A DNA stretch of 58,723 bases from Prasinococcaceae sp. CCMP 1430 (lineage: Eukaryota > Plantae > Prasinodermophyta): the NCBI GenBank assembly GCA_013416795.1, contig RQSC01000053.1, positions 1 to 58,723 on the forward strand, in the 5' to 3' direction. The notes beneath the pieces are model-generated. The model ran no database searches. It had not been told where the DNA came from and was given only the letters and a program-made list of their open reading frames with translations. Positions within the stretch are counted from its first letter, which is position 1. The number at the start of each line of letters is the position of its first letter. Made by a program: the position numbers and the translations under genes. This document shows positions 1 to 11,423 of this stretch, in pieces.

Positions 1-1016
1 CCGCGGGGCGGCGCGCGCGCGCGTGGCGGCGCTCGCGGGGGCGGCAATCGCAGCCTCAATTCAGGTTAATCCACAAAAGGGTTCATGTACGTCCACGCGT
101 GAGTAATGTTTGAATTGATTGCCCCTCGGGTGGGGTTGGGGTTCGAGCGGGGCGCCGGGGAACCAACGGTTTGTTTCTCCGCAATCTTATCCGCGCGCGC
201 GATCAGCGAGGTGGCGGCGCGCCTGACTGGTGCTCCGACTGGCCGCGAGGAGGAGGGGGTCAGTCGGGCGGGGAGGGGCAGGAGGCAACCGGCCGTGGCA
301 GGGACGCGCACGGACGGGCATGGCAGCGCGTCTGCCACCCAGCCAGGAGTGAGAGTCGCGCGCCGCGAGGGGAGCGAAGGCACAGCCCGCCAGTGGCGGT
401 CGCGGGCGCTCCGTCGACCATCGCTGGGCTGCGCTGTCGCTCGCCAGACGGCGTGTACAAACACAAACGGGTTGGTACAGTAGTACAGTCTGCATGCGGC
501 GTGCTATGAGCATGGATGGAGGAACCCCCGCCCATACCCGAACCGCCGATGCCAGCTCAAGCAACCCGTACAGTCCGTGTAGACTACGCTGTACTGTAAG
601 CCTCAACTCGGTTCGCCCGGCGAGCAACCTGCTGCACCTTGCCGGGCGCACCGGCACCCGGGCTTGGTGGGGTCGGGACAAGGGGACCCGGGGCCGGACT
701 CGAGCCGACCCGGGTCCCCACCGAGGCCGACCGGCCGAGGGGCCGATCCGATCCGAATGTTGTAGGTTTGGTATCGCGGCGTTTCCGGCGGCCGGTCGGC
801 GCGGCGAACCCCGGGGGCGCTGCGCGCCGCGCCATGGAATCCATCGTGGTGCAGGAGCGCCGCCGCGCGGCGCAACACGTATGAATGATTCGTAAGATGG
901 AATCCAAACGGTGGAACCCAATGCATAGCGTATGTATTCCGCTGCGTGAGCGAGGCGGGGCGCGCGCACCACGCGGGCGGGGGGCGGCGCGCGTGGGGTG
1001 GTGGCGGTGGCGGCAT

Positions 1017-1103
1017 GTTGAAGGTGGTCGCGTCTATGAACATGTTCTGCATGCTTGTCACGTTGCTGACGTCCCACTCCGAGATGTCGTCAGTGAACTC
1101 CTC
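1017..1103 (-). other. Isolated DUF285/BspA-type surface repeat unit (29 codons), probably a gene remnant
   Basis: Minus strand reads EEFTDDISEWDVSNVTSMQNMFIDATTFN, matching the DUF285 repeat pattern (DISxWDVSNVTxMxxMFxxAxxFN). Flanking sequence does not continue the repeat. Confidence 0.65.
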
Positions 1104-1289
1104 GCCCCCCGCCCGACCCCCGGCACCGCCTCGCCCGCTCCGTCCGGCCACCGCTCGCTCGCTCGCTCGCTCGCGCCCTCGGCGGTGCCGATCTGTGCCC
1201 GCGCTGACGCCCGAACACCACCATCCCACCCCACCCGCCCCAACACCTCACTTCCCCCAACCCCCCCGCGCGCGCCCGCCCACCCGCAG

Positions 1290-1883
1290 TACAAGAGCGT
1301 GACGCCGTACGGCGACCGCCTGCTGGTGAAGACCGGCGGCGCCGAGACGGAGTCGGCGGGCGGCATTCTGCTGCCCACGTCTGCGGCACAGAAGGATAAC
1401 AAGGGCACGGTGGTGCAGGTGGGCGCGGGCGCGCCGGGCAAGGACGGCAAGGCCGTCCCGGTGGGCATCAAGGCGGGTGCGACGGTGATGTACTCTCAGT
1501 TCGCGGGCACGGAGGTGGAGTTCGAAGGCGACGAGCACGTCCTGCTCAAGGAGGCCGACGTCATCGGCACGCTCGCCGATGCCGACGACGACGCCTCGCT
1601 CCAGCCCACCGACGATCGCGTCCTGATCAAGGTCTCCGAGGCCGCGGAGAAGACCGACGCGGGCCTCATCCTCACCGGCGATGCGCTGGAGAAGCCCTCG
1701 ACCGGCGATGTCGTGGCGGTCGGCCCGGGCAACCGCATCGACGGCGACAAGCGCGCGGGCTCGAGCCTGAAGGTGGGCCAGCAGGTGCTCTACTCCAAGT
1801 TCGCGGGCACCGAGATCACCGGCAAGGACGACGTCGAGTACATCGTCGTGCGCGAGGCGGACGTCATTGCCGTCCTCGCGTAG
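1290..1883 (+). CDS. CPN20: Chloroplast co-chaperonin Cpn20/21 (two tandem GroES domains); last exon only, transit-peptide exon not located
   Basis: Begins after acceptor cacccgcAG (1289; CTGAC near 1203). YKSVTPYGDRLLVK...GGILLP...VLLKEADVIG followed by LQPTDDRVLIK...GLILTG...YSKFAGTEI...VVREADVIAVLA, stop TAG 1881-1883. Confidence 0.93.
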   Translation, partial: YKSVTPYGDRLLVKTGGAETESAGGILLPTSAAQKDNKGTVVQVGAGAPGKDGKAVPVGIKAGATVMYSQFAGTEVEFEGDEHVLLKEADVIGTLADADDDASLQPTDDRVLIKVSEAAEKTDAGLILTGDALEKPSTGDVVAVGPGNRIDGDKRAGSSLKVGQQVLYSKFAGTEITGKDDVEYIVVREADVIAVLA

Positions 1884-2135
1884 AGGGACCCCTCCCCCGC
1901 GGCGATGGCGGCGCGGCGCAGCGGCGGCCACGACGATGCGCGCGCCGGTGTTGCGCGCGGCAACACACAACGCAGCAACGCAGGCAACTTTTTTAGCAGT
2001 GCTTCGGCAGTGCGCTCCACGGACGCGGCGCGAGTGGTGACTCAGCATAAGAATGCCCGGCCGACTTCCCAACGCGCGTGCAAGGCACGGCGCTCGCGCA
2101 TGCTGGCGCTGGCAGCTTGTTTCGACGCGCTGGCC

Positions 2136-4065
2136 TCACCCCCGGAATCGCTCCGGGGCGACCAGCGTCGCAGCCTTGGGCTCCACCCCGATATCCACGG
2201 GCGCGTCCTCCCCGTAGTCCCACCCGTAGCCCTGCGACGCGCGCGTCTCGTCACTCGCGGCTGTGAGCAGCTCGCCGTCCACGTTGACGTGCCCGCCGAG
2301 CCGCGTCGAGGGAGCGCCAGCCTCGAGCACCACACGACGGCACTTGACGTAGTGCACTCCGGGCTTGCCCACGTGCGAGCCGCTCTGGTGGCGCGGGCGA
2401 TGCGAGTTGAGCGATGGTCAGCACGCGCGCGCCAAAGGCGTCGACGTCCGCGCGGAGAATGGCGCGCGCGCGACGCCACGCGCCTGCCACGCGTCTGCCA
2501 CGTGACGCACCTCGAGCTGCAGGAAGAGCCTGAGCAGCCGCCATCTCGACACCGGCGCGCGCATGTACAGCAGGTCGACACACCCATCCGCCAGCCGCGC
2601 GCGCGGTGCTGGCTTCACGTCTTCCGCGTCCCACTGCGTGTTTTTCACCCACACGAACAGCAGCGGGCCCTCTACCACGCGCCACGCGCCATCCGCGTTG
2701 CCGCCGCTGAAGCCCGCCTCCATGTCGCTGAGCTCCGAGCTCGTCGCGGCGTGTGCCGTACCGGCTCCCTGCGCGCCAGAGGGCCTGCCACACGCCACGG
2801 CGCCCTGCCCCTTGCCGACTTCCTCGCCCTCCTGCGCATCGCGAGAGAGCGGGTGCGCGCGCACACACGCGCGGCTGTGTGTTAGCGCACGGAGAACAAG
2901 CAACCCGCGGCGCCAGGCACAGCCATCGCACCCACCCACCTATCCCCCCTAGCCACAGGCGCATCCTGGCCCCCGACCAGCTCGCGCTCGCGCGTGCACG
3001 TGGCAACGGCGCGCGCGCACGTACCTTTGGCAGAAAGTACACCCGCCCGGAGTACGTCCGTAGCCTGAGGATGCGCCAGAGGCCGTACAGCGTCAGCCTG
3101 ACGCCGCCCATCCAGCGCAGCGTCTCCGACTCGATGTCGACGTCCGAGATGAGGCCCCACGTGGAGCTGAGCACCGCACGCAGGGGCGGCCTCTGGCTCA
3201 TCGCAGCGGCGGCGGCAGCAGCCTGCTGCCTGCGGCCCTGCGAAACCAGCATGAGGTCGGCCGGCACGGTGTGGCCGCGCGCAAGCGCGAACGCAGCGTT
3301 GGTTGGCGTGCAGCCGACGCCCGCGCCATCGAGCAGGCTCATTGCGACGGCGTTGCCCGAGCCGCCCGGCACAACGGCGAGCGGCACTGCCTCCCGCGCG
3401 CGCGCGCAGTGGTCTGGCCGCGCGGCGAGACCGTTGATGACCTCGTGCAGGAGACCATCGCCGCTCACCACGCACACGACGTCCTCCTCTCCGCCCTCCT
3501 CGCCGCCAGGCCCGCGCTCCACGCCGAACGCCCGCGCGACCTCGAAAGCGTGGCCCGCGTGCGTCGTCTCCACGAGGCGCGCCCGCACGCCCGCACGCGC
3601 GAGCAGCGGCGCGACAGCGCGACGGTACGTGCGCAGCGCCCCACCGGAGCCGCTCGCCGGGTTGACGAGGACGAGCACGGACCGCGGGCGCGTTGTCGGC
3701 AGCCTTGCGTTCACTTCGGCGGCCCAGTGCTCTGCATCGGCCGCGCTGCCGAAGACCACGCGCAGCGGGCAGTAGCGTCGCCGCCTGCCGCGAAGCGGAT
3801 ACGCATGCACGCACATCACCCCCCCTCTCGCCTCGGCGCCGATGACGTCGGCGAGCTCGCGCTCGCCGCCGCCACGCGCACGCGCACCATCCTCGGACGC
3901 GAGCGCGCTCACGCACAAATCGCTCACGCGCATGAAGCGCACGCCGCCGCGCGCGCCGCTGACGGCGGCAGCGGCCACATCGGCCGTGCCCACCGCCTCG
4001 CCGTCCGCGATGAGTGCTGCTGTCAGCGAGGCGGCGGGTATCGGCGCGCTGTCCGAGGCGCCCAT
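2136..4065 (-). CDS. SPHK: Sphingosine/long-chain-base kinase (DAGK-type catalytic domain); complement join(2136..2384,2511..2831,3025..4065)
   Basis: Motifs LVNPASGSG, ETTHAGHA, VSGDGLLHEVINGL, VPGGSGNAVA, WGLISDVDIESETLRWMGGVR, DGCVDLL, NVDGE. Both GT-AG introns restore the frame (exons 1041, 321, 249 nt). Confidence 0.92.
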
Positions 4066-4254
4066 CCACCCGGCTCTCCTCCGCGGCGCGCGCCGCGCGC
4101 TGCGTGTGGCGCTGCAGGCTGTGCAGCGCAGGCGAAACACAACTCAGCGCACTCTCACGGGGGTGTTCGCGCGCTGGGGCGCGTGGGTGGGCGCGCGCGT
4201 CTGCGCGCCGCACACCACAGCGTGCGCGTCGGGGAGGGCCCTTCGGGCGCGCTC

Positions 4255-5392
4255 ATGTGCGCGGCGGAGCTCGCGCGCGCGGGAGGCGAGCTCGTGCCGC
4301 GGTGCTTCCTCGCGACACACTTTTACTCTCGCGCGCTCGGCAGGCACGTGGACTACTCCGGCGCAGCGGCGTTCGAGGCCGCGCACGCCGCCGAGCTCGC
4401 GCGGCTGCCGCCGGGCGAAGCGAGCACGGCCGTGCAGGAGCTGGAGGCGGAGCGCGCACGCAGGGCGAACCTGGGCGTGGACAGACGGCGGCGCGAGGCG
4501 CTTTACCGTGCCGCCTACCGCCCGGCGGTGCCAGCGGCGTACGAGCTGCGCGCTGACGCGCTCGCGCCCGAGCTCGCGCGCGCCGCCAATGCTGTGCGCG
4601 CCGCACCGCCGGCAGCGCGCCGGCGTGCAGCGCTCGCGCAGCTGGCGGAGTGCGCGCCAAGGCACAGCGCGGGGCCGCTCGCGGCGAAGGGCGTGTACCA
4701 CTTACCTGTCCTCAGCGCAGTTGGCTGCGAGCGGCTGGTGCGCGAGCTGGCAAACTTCCGAGCGTCGGGGCTCGAACGCGCGCGGCCGAACTCGATGAAC
4801 GAGAACGGCGTGCTCCTGGGCGAGCTCGGCTTTGGCGCTCGCCTTCTCGATCCGCTGCTGGCAACATACGTGCAGCCGCTCGCAGGTGCGCTGTTTGCCG
4901 AGTGCGGGGGCGCGACGCTCGACCACCACCGGTCGTTTACGGTCGAGTACGAGGCCGGCGGCGAGGAGTCGCTGGCGTACCACTTCGACGACAGCGAGGT
5001 CACGCTCAACGTCTGCCTCAGCGGCGATAGCGAGTACGAGGGCGGTGAGCTACTTTTCGGCGCCGATAAATCCGAGGGAGACGCGGCGCACGAGCGGCGC
5101 TGGCCGCTCCGCCACAAGCAGGGGTGGGGTGTGCTGCACAGGGGGTGAGTGCGGCGACACGCGGCGGGCGCCGATTCATATATTTCGGCCTAGCGTCGAC
5201 AGAGGGCGCGCACACGAATGCCTTCGCACACTGACACCGCTTCGCTGCAGGAGCCACAACCACGAGGCCGCGCCCGTGACCGGGGGCGTGCGCACGAATC
5301 TCATCATGTGGTTGCGCTCGAGCGCCGTGCGCCAGCATCATTGCCCGATGTGCGGGCGCGGAGCGACCGAGTGCGGCCTCGTGAAGACATGA
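4255..5392 (+). CDS. OGFOD2: 2-oxoglutarate/Fe(II) dioxygenase, OGFOD2-like; join(4255..5144,5251..5392)
   Basis: RPNSMNENGV, HxD motif YHFDDSEVTLNVCL, YEGGEL, distal His HRG|SHNHEA and RTNLIMWLRSS assembled across a GTGAGT...CAG intron. Start codon is inferred. Confidence 0.85.
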
Positions 5393-5579
5393 GCGACGAG
5401 CGGGCGCGCACATGTGGCGCAGACATACCCTCCAGCCCCCACCCGCCCGCGCACACGCCACACCTAACCCCAAGCAAAGGCTGCGGCGCTGACTGGGACG
5501 TATTGTTGTACCCTATATGAAAAATGTTGCCTCTCTGGTGCACGTGCGCGTGGGCGCGCGCACGCAAGCGTCGCGGGCT

Positions 5580-6915
5580 TTAGGCGAGCGCAGCTGCGAC
5601 GGCCATGGCTGCCGCAGCAGCTGCTACGACTGGCGCGCAGATATTGCTGGCGGGCGATGTCCCGGCGCCAGCACCGTCCTCACCTTCCTTGTCGTGATCG
5701 TGATCGTGATCGTGGGGCGGCGAGAGCGGCGGCGGCGGCGAGAGCGGCGGGGCGCCCGCGCCGCAGAATTCCATCTCGTGGCGCGTCGGCGACCAGCAGG
5801 GCGCGCCGTTGGCCTTCTCCGCGTGCGTGACGACGCGGTAGGTCTGCAGCGGGCCCCAAGGGTTGGTTGGCGTGGGCGACGAGCTACCGAGAGGTGCGAG
5901 CGTATAGTTGACGAATGGCTGGCTGGCTGCCACCTCCGAGCTCAGGTACACGCATAGCTCGGTGTGTGAGAGCTGTGACTCGACGGTCTCACCGAAGAGC
6001 AACTTAGCGTCGCGGCAGTTGTCGTAGAGGCGCTCGCAGAAGTCCTCACACAGGTGCACGGTCAGGTTGGCAACCGTGCCATCCGGGCCTGGCACGAAGG
6101 CGCCATACATAGCCGGGTCCGGATTCTCCGTGAGGGGCTCGCCGAGGGATACGTGCTCGGACTGCAAGCGAGTGACGCGTGCGTGCGCGTGCGGGTGCAC
6201 GCGGTGCGAGCGTGCCCACGCGGGGGCCCGTGCGTCAGAGCGTCCGCGCACGATGGCGGCCGCACACGAGCGCGGGGCCGCCCGCACGTGCCTGCTATGG
6301 CCGCTACATTCGCTGCTGCTGCTTGCGCATGCGCTGCTCGCCGCGTGTAGCGCGCCGCGCACCTGCCAGGGCGAGCATGCGAAGCCGCAGAGCATCTCCT
6401 TGAAAGTGGCTACGCACGCCTTGTTTTCCCTGAAGGCCCAGTTGAGCAGGCCGTCCGGCTGCGCCTGCTCGACCACCTGGTTCTCAGTGACGATAGGGCA
6501 GCACGCGCCCGTCTCCTGGTAGCACGGGCTATGTCGTTTCGGGGCGAGGTCGAGTGCGTGTGAGCGCCCGCGCGCGCGGGAGGGTGGGGGCGGGCGTGAC
6601 AGCACACGTGTGTGTGCCGCACGGGAGAAGGGGGGGGGAGGGGATCGGTTATGTCAGCGTGACTGAGTCGCGCCCACTGCACGGACGGACGAGGCACGTG
6701 GGGAACTACACGCACCAGCCCATCTCGTCATCGCGCAAGAATGGTTCCTCCTCGGCTGTCTGCGGGCAGATGTCGCCGCGCCCCCTGGCAGCGATGACAA
6801 ACGGGTTGTTGGGATCCGGCGTCGGGTCGCGGACCTCCGCGGCGAGTGCCGTGGGGACGACGGCCGCCGTCGCTGTGGCGGCAGCGGCGGCGAGCACGAG
6901 CGCCGTTCGTGCCAT
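5580..6915 (-). CDS. Secreted cysteine-rich folate-receptor/NPC1-N-terminal-like protein with hydrophobic C-terminus (possible GPI anchor); complement join(5580..6161,6363..6528,6716..6915)
   Basis: Signal-peptide-like MARTALVLAAAAATATAAVVPTALA; Cys pattern CP..C|PCY..GACC...C...FKEMLCGFACSPWQ...LCEDFCERLYDNCRD...C; C-terminal ICAPVVAAAAAAMAVAAALA. Introns keep the frame. Confidence 0.65.
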
Positions 6916-7488
6916 TGCCACCCGTCTGAAGATTGCGTGCTGGCGTGCCTCCACGCACGCCCGAATTCGCGCGAGTCTGCGGGCGTCGCCGCGGGCGTGT
7001 GTGTGGCGTGCGCCCCGCCCGCCCGCACCGCCCGCCTCGTGCTGTTGCACAGTGCCGGGATTTCCATCCCCCCCCTGTTCCCCTTCGCGCAACGGGCCAA
7101 GCAGCCCTGCGGCCGAGCCGCCGCCGCGCCTCCCCCCCCCCCGCTCCGGCCGTCCTGCGCGCAGCAGCGTTGGCAACGGCGGCGAGGCGGGAAGGGCGGG
7201 GGCGCAGCGCGCCAGGCGACGCCGCGATCCTCCTCGGGGAACCGTCGCTGCGGCGGTGCCTTTCAGTTAGGGTCATATGTTTGGGGTTTTGAAGGAGGGT
7301 TAATGCCACGGTTGATGCATGAAGATCGACGTGCGTGTTGGCGGGCGCGGCCGGTTGTGCCACAGCCTTGGCGCGCTGCGCCTCCCCCCCCCAACACACA
7401 CACACACCCCACGCCCTCGGGCGAGGGTCCGGCGCGCACAGCGCGTGGGGGAGACACTCTCCGGCCCGCCTGCCGCCGCGCGGGCGCG

Positions 7489-8285
7489 ATGTCGTCGCAT
7501 GGCCGCGGCTCGAAGGGCGGCACGCGCGGCGGACGCGACCAGTTCAAGTGGAGCGACGTGCGCGAGGACGCGGACCACGGGTGCTACATCGGTGCCAGCA
7601 TGAAGGCGCGCAAGGGCGGGCGGCGCGACATGGGGAAGGACGCCTTCTGGTGGAGCAAGGAGAAGGAGGCCGCCGCCGGCGACGCGGGTGCGTGCGCAGC
7701 GGACAGCGCGCGCGCGCGGGGGCCCCGCGCGAGACCTGAGAGCATGCGGAGCGCGAGCGCTGACCAGAGAGGCGGCGCGCACCTGCGCTCTGGACCGCCG
7801 TCGCCCCGCGCGGCGCTGCGCGCGTGCGCCTCGCGCTCTGCGCGCACTTCGTGCCACGCAGGTACAGGTGGGGTCTCGGCTGCCGACGCCGCTGCCGCCG
7901 CTGCCGCACTGGCTGCCGAGCGCGAGGCCGTGCGGCGCGAGGAGGAGATCGACATGCAGATCGCGCTGGGTCAGCGGGACCCGCTCACCGAGGAGGAGAT
8001 GTATCAGCGCGTGATGGACAGGAAGCGCGCCGTCGAGGAGGCCGCGGCGGCGGCCAAGGAAGGCTTTGCGCGCAAGGGCCAACCGGGCGGTGCAGGCGGT
8101 GGCAGCGACAGCGAGCGCGAGCGGCGACACAAATCGCACAAGCACCACAAGAGCCACCGCCACTCCCACTCGCACCGGCACAGCAGGCGCGAGCGCGAGC
8201 GCGACGGTCGCGGCGACCGCGACCGCGACCGCGACCGCGACCGCGACCGCGACCGCGACCGCGACTCCCGCCGGCGTCACCGACG
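7489..8285 (+). CDS. MMTAG2: MMtag-domain protein (multiple myeloma tumor-associated protein 2 homolog); join(7489..7687,7862 or 7868..>8285); 3' end lies in gap
   Basis: GGTRGGRDQFKWSDVREDADHGCYIGASM...GKDAFWW matches the MMtag N-terminal motif; followed by coiled-coil and His/Arg/Asp-rich tail. Confidence 0.85.
8215..8265 (+). repeat. (GACCGC)8 hexamer tandem repeat encoding an RD dipeptide run
   Basis: Directly visible, in frame within the MMTAG2 tail, just before the N gap. Confidence 0.95.
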
Positions 8286-8437
8286 NNNNNNNNNNNNNNN
8301 NNNNNNNNNNNNNNNNNNNNNNNNNNNNNNNNNNNNNNNNNNNNNNNNNNNNNNNNNNNNNNNNNNNNNNNNNNNNNNNNNNNNNNNNNNNNNNNNNNNN
8401 NNNNNNNNNNNNNNNNNNNNNNNNNNNNNNNNNNNNN
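8286..8437. other. Assembly gap (N run)
   Basis: 152 Ns. Confidence 0.99.
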
Positions 8438-8463
8438 GCCCGGCGCGGCCCCGCGGCGCGGGC

Positions 8464-8471
8464 GCGCGAAA
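8464..8471 (-). promoter_or_regulatory. E2F-type site TTTCGCGC upstream of CDKD
   Basis: GCGCGAAA on + strand about 60 nt before the ATG at 8530. Single short motif, function inferred. Confidence 0.35.
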
Positions 8472-8529
8472 AGTGCGGAGCGAGCGCGAGGAGGGCGCCG
8501 AGGCGGCGAGGGAGGCGGCGGCGGCGGCG

Positions 8530-10047
8530 ATGACGGCGATGGACGCCGAGTTCCCCCCCGAGGAGGAACGAGGTGGGGGCGGCGACGGCCAGCAGCAGGG
8601 AGGGCACGGGGCGCAGGGCCAGGCGCAGGCGCAGGGCTCCACGGCGCCAGCGGGCGGCGAGAGCGATCCGCTGGAGCCGCCGCCGATGATGGGCAGCGAG
8701 CGCTACGTGCGCGGAAAGAAGCTTGGCGGGGGCATTTACGGCGACGTCTACCAGGCAGACGACGTGGTGACGGGACGCGTCGTTGCCATCAAAAAAATCC
8801 GGCTTGGCAGCTACAAGGAGGGCGTCCACGTGACTGCGCTCCGGGAGATCAAACTGCTCAGGGAGCTGCGCCACGAGAATCTCATCGAGCTCGTCGACGT
8901 CTACCCGCACAAACGTAACCTACACCTGGTGTTCGACTTCATGGAGAGCGACATGGAAAAGGTCATGAACGACCGCCGTATCGCTCTGAAGCCCGCGGAT
9001 GTCAAGGCGTACATGCAGATGGCCCTCCGGGCGCTCGCGTACACGCACAAGCACTGGGTGCTGCACCGGGACATCAAATTGGACAACCTGCTCATCGCGC
9101 CGGACGGCACTCTCAAGTTGGGTGACTTCGGCCTCGCGCGCGCCTTCGGCTCGCCCGACCGCGCGTACACTGACCAGGTCTTCGCGCGCTGGTTCCGCGC
9201 GCCGGAGCTCCTCTTCGGGTCGAAGTCGTACGGCGCGGCCGTCGACGTGTGGGCGATGGGCTGCGTCTTTGGCCAGATGCTGCGACGCCGGCCGCTCTTC
9301 CCCGGGTCGAGCGACCTCGACCAGCTAGGGAAGATATTCATGATGGTAGGCACGCCCACGGAGGAGACGTGGCCCGAGGTGACCTCGCTGCCCACGTACA
9401 TCGAGTTCACCGCCGTCACCCCCGAGCCCCTATCGACGCACTTTCCACACGTCGACGCCGACGCGCTGGACCTGCTGTCGCGCATGCTCGTGCCCAACCC
9501 GAGCAAGCGCATCACCGCAGAGCAGGCACTCAACCACGTGTACTTCATGAGTGCCCCCGCTCCGACGCCCAAGGCCAACCTCCCCAAGGTGAAGAAAGAG
9601 CCGCAGCTGCCACCCACGACAGAGATGGCCACGGCGCCCAGGCCCATGGTGCTCCCGCCCGGCCTGCTGGACACGGGCGGCGACGACACCGTACCCCCCG
9701 CGGGCGCTCGGACGCAGGAAGCCCTCGGCATGATGCTCGCTGGCGGGCGCCCCAGCGACATCGCCAACGAGCACGGCGACACCGGGGGCCGGTTTGACGG
9801 CATCTCCAAGAGGCTCCGACTCTCCGACCACGTGGCGCACGCTAGCACACCCGGCGGCGGCGACGTCGGCGGCGCTGATGGCGGCGGCGACGGCCAGGGA
9901 ACGCCCGCGGCGGTGGCGATGCCCTCAGCGACGCACGATCCTGCAGCGATGTTCATCAGCGGCGGGACCGCAAATGAGGGCCGCGGGCCACTCACCTCGG
10001 CGGACAGGGAGGGGCTGGGCAAGAAACGCCTCTTCGACGCGCTCTAG
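8530..10047 (+). CDS. CDKD: Cyclin-dependent kinase D / CDK7 (CDK-activating kinase), intronless, acidic N- and long C-terminal extensions
   Basis: GGGIYG loop, VAIKKIR, cyclin-binding HVTALREIKLL, HRDIKLDN, DFGLARAFGSPDRAYTDQVFARWFRAPELLFG (QVFARW is characteristic of plant CDKD). Start could be 8530 or 8539. Confidence 0.93.
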   Translation: MTAMDAEFPPEEERGGGGDGQQQGGHGAQGQAQAQGSTAPAGGESDPLEPPPMMGSERYVRGKKLGGGIYGDVYQADDVVTGRVVAIKKIRLGSYKEGVHVTALREIKLLRELRHENLIELVDVYPHKRNLHLVFDFMESDMEKVMNDRRIALKPADVKAYMQMALRALAYTHKHWVLHRDIKLDNLLIAPDGTLKLGDFGLARAFGSPDRAYTDQVFARWFRAPELLFGSKSYGAAVDVWAMGCVFGQMLRRRPLFPGSSDLDQLGKIFMMVGTPTEETWPEVTSLPTYIEFTAVTPEPLSTHFPHVDADALDLLSRMLVPNPSKRITAEQALNHVYFMSAPAPTPKANLPKVKKEPQLPPTTEMATAPRPMVLPPGLLDTGGDDTVPPAGARTQEALGMMLAGGRPSDIANEHGDTGGRFDGISKRLRLSDHVAHASTPGGGDVGGADGGGDGQGTPAAVAMPSATHDPAAMFISGGTANEGRGPLTSADREGLGKKRLFDAL

Positions 10048-10216
10048 TGCAGAGAGCCGCGCCCGCGCCCGCGCCGTGCAGTGTGGCGCCTGGTTTCGAC
10101 GCCGCCGTGTCCGTGCGCGCGCCTCGCGCGGCGGCTCGGGCGCGCCGGGTTAGGCATGGAGCTTCACGTAAGGCACATGGGCTACAATTCGCCGAGCGCG
10201 CGCGCGCGCTGTTGCT

Positions 10217-11423
10217 TCAGTCGAGGTCCTTGAGCTCCTCGGCAGCGAATTGAGGCAGCACGAAGGCCGCCCGGTGCACGTCGCTGTTGTAGTACCGCAG
10301 CGCGTTGCCCGCCTTGCCGAAGTCGTCGCCCTTGCGCTCGTGACCACCCACGGGGCCAGGCCTCTGCGGCTCGCGCAGGTTGGCCTTGCCCTCGGCCTCG
10401 GGGTCCGCCTTGGAGCACAGCATGAAGCCAATCTGCCCCGACGGATAGGTGGGGATGGTGGTGTACGCGTAGGACACCGAGCCGCCTGCGAAGGTCTTCT
10501 TGCACGCCTCGGCAAGGGGCTTGATGAGTGGGAGGTGGAGCCACAGCGACTCGGCCTGCGTGCACACGATGCCGCCGGGCGCGAGCGCGCGGTGCATGGT
10601 GGCGTAAAAGGGCTGCTCGAAGAGCTCGGCAGCTGGGCCGACCGGGTCGGACGAGTCGACGATGATGGCGTCATACGTGCCCTCGGCGGCCTGGCGCAGG
10701 AACGCCACGCCGTCGCCCAGGTGCAGCGTGACGCGCGGGTCGTCGAAGCAGCAGCCCACCTCCGGGAAGAACTTTTGCGAGACGCGCGGCACAGCCTCGT
10801 CGATCTCGCAGTGATCCACGCTCTCCACTGACGCGTGGCGGCAGATTTCGCGCACCACGCCGCCGTCACCGCCGCCAATGACGCACACGCGCCGCGGCGC
10901 GCGGCGTAGCGCGCACAGGGGCAGGTGTGCGATCATTTCCTGGTACGACGCCTCATCGCGGTCCGTCAGCTGGATAACGCCGTCCAGCAGTAGCACCTGC
11001 GTGCCGCCAGCAGCCGCGGCCGCAACGGCAGAGCCGCGGGCGGCAGCGTGGGAGGTCAGCACGCTGCGGGACGGGCAGGGCGGGCGAGCGCAAGCGCGGG
11101 GTGAGAAAGTGGCAGCTCGCCCCAGTCTCTGCTCGTGTGGCGTTCGCTCGCCCGCGCTCGCGGCAGGCTCGCGGCTCGCGCCCGGTGGGCGCGCGCACCT
11201 TGCCGAACGTGGTGCTCTGGAAGACCATGAGGTCCTGGTACTGCGTCTTCTCCTCGTGCAACACCTCCTTGACCTCGAGCGTCATCGCGCAGCCCGCCCA
11301 CATGTCGGAGCTCTCCTGGAACCACGTGCGGCCCTGGGCATCAGTGATGAACTTGCTCCGATTGGTGAGCGCCGGGCCGCCCGACGCCTTGATGGCGTCG
11401 CTCTTGAGCGGCGCGTCGGCCAT
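10217..11423 (-). CDS. SPDS: Spermidine synthase; complement join(10217..10996,11199..11423)
   Basis: [23 protein letters not shown]|[77 protein letters not shown]. Confidence 0.96.

Noticed and set aside
6937-10047. 1036-aa ORF suggesting an MMTAG2-RD repeat-CDK fusion (reminiscent of CDK11)
   Set aside because: Continuity depends on translating through 152 Ns. The kinase is CDKD-type with its own ATG and an upstream E2F-like site. Treated as two genes unless gap closure shows otherwise.
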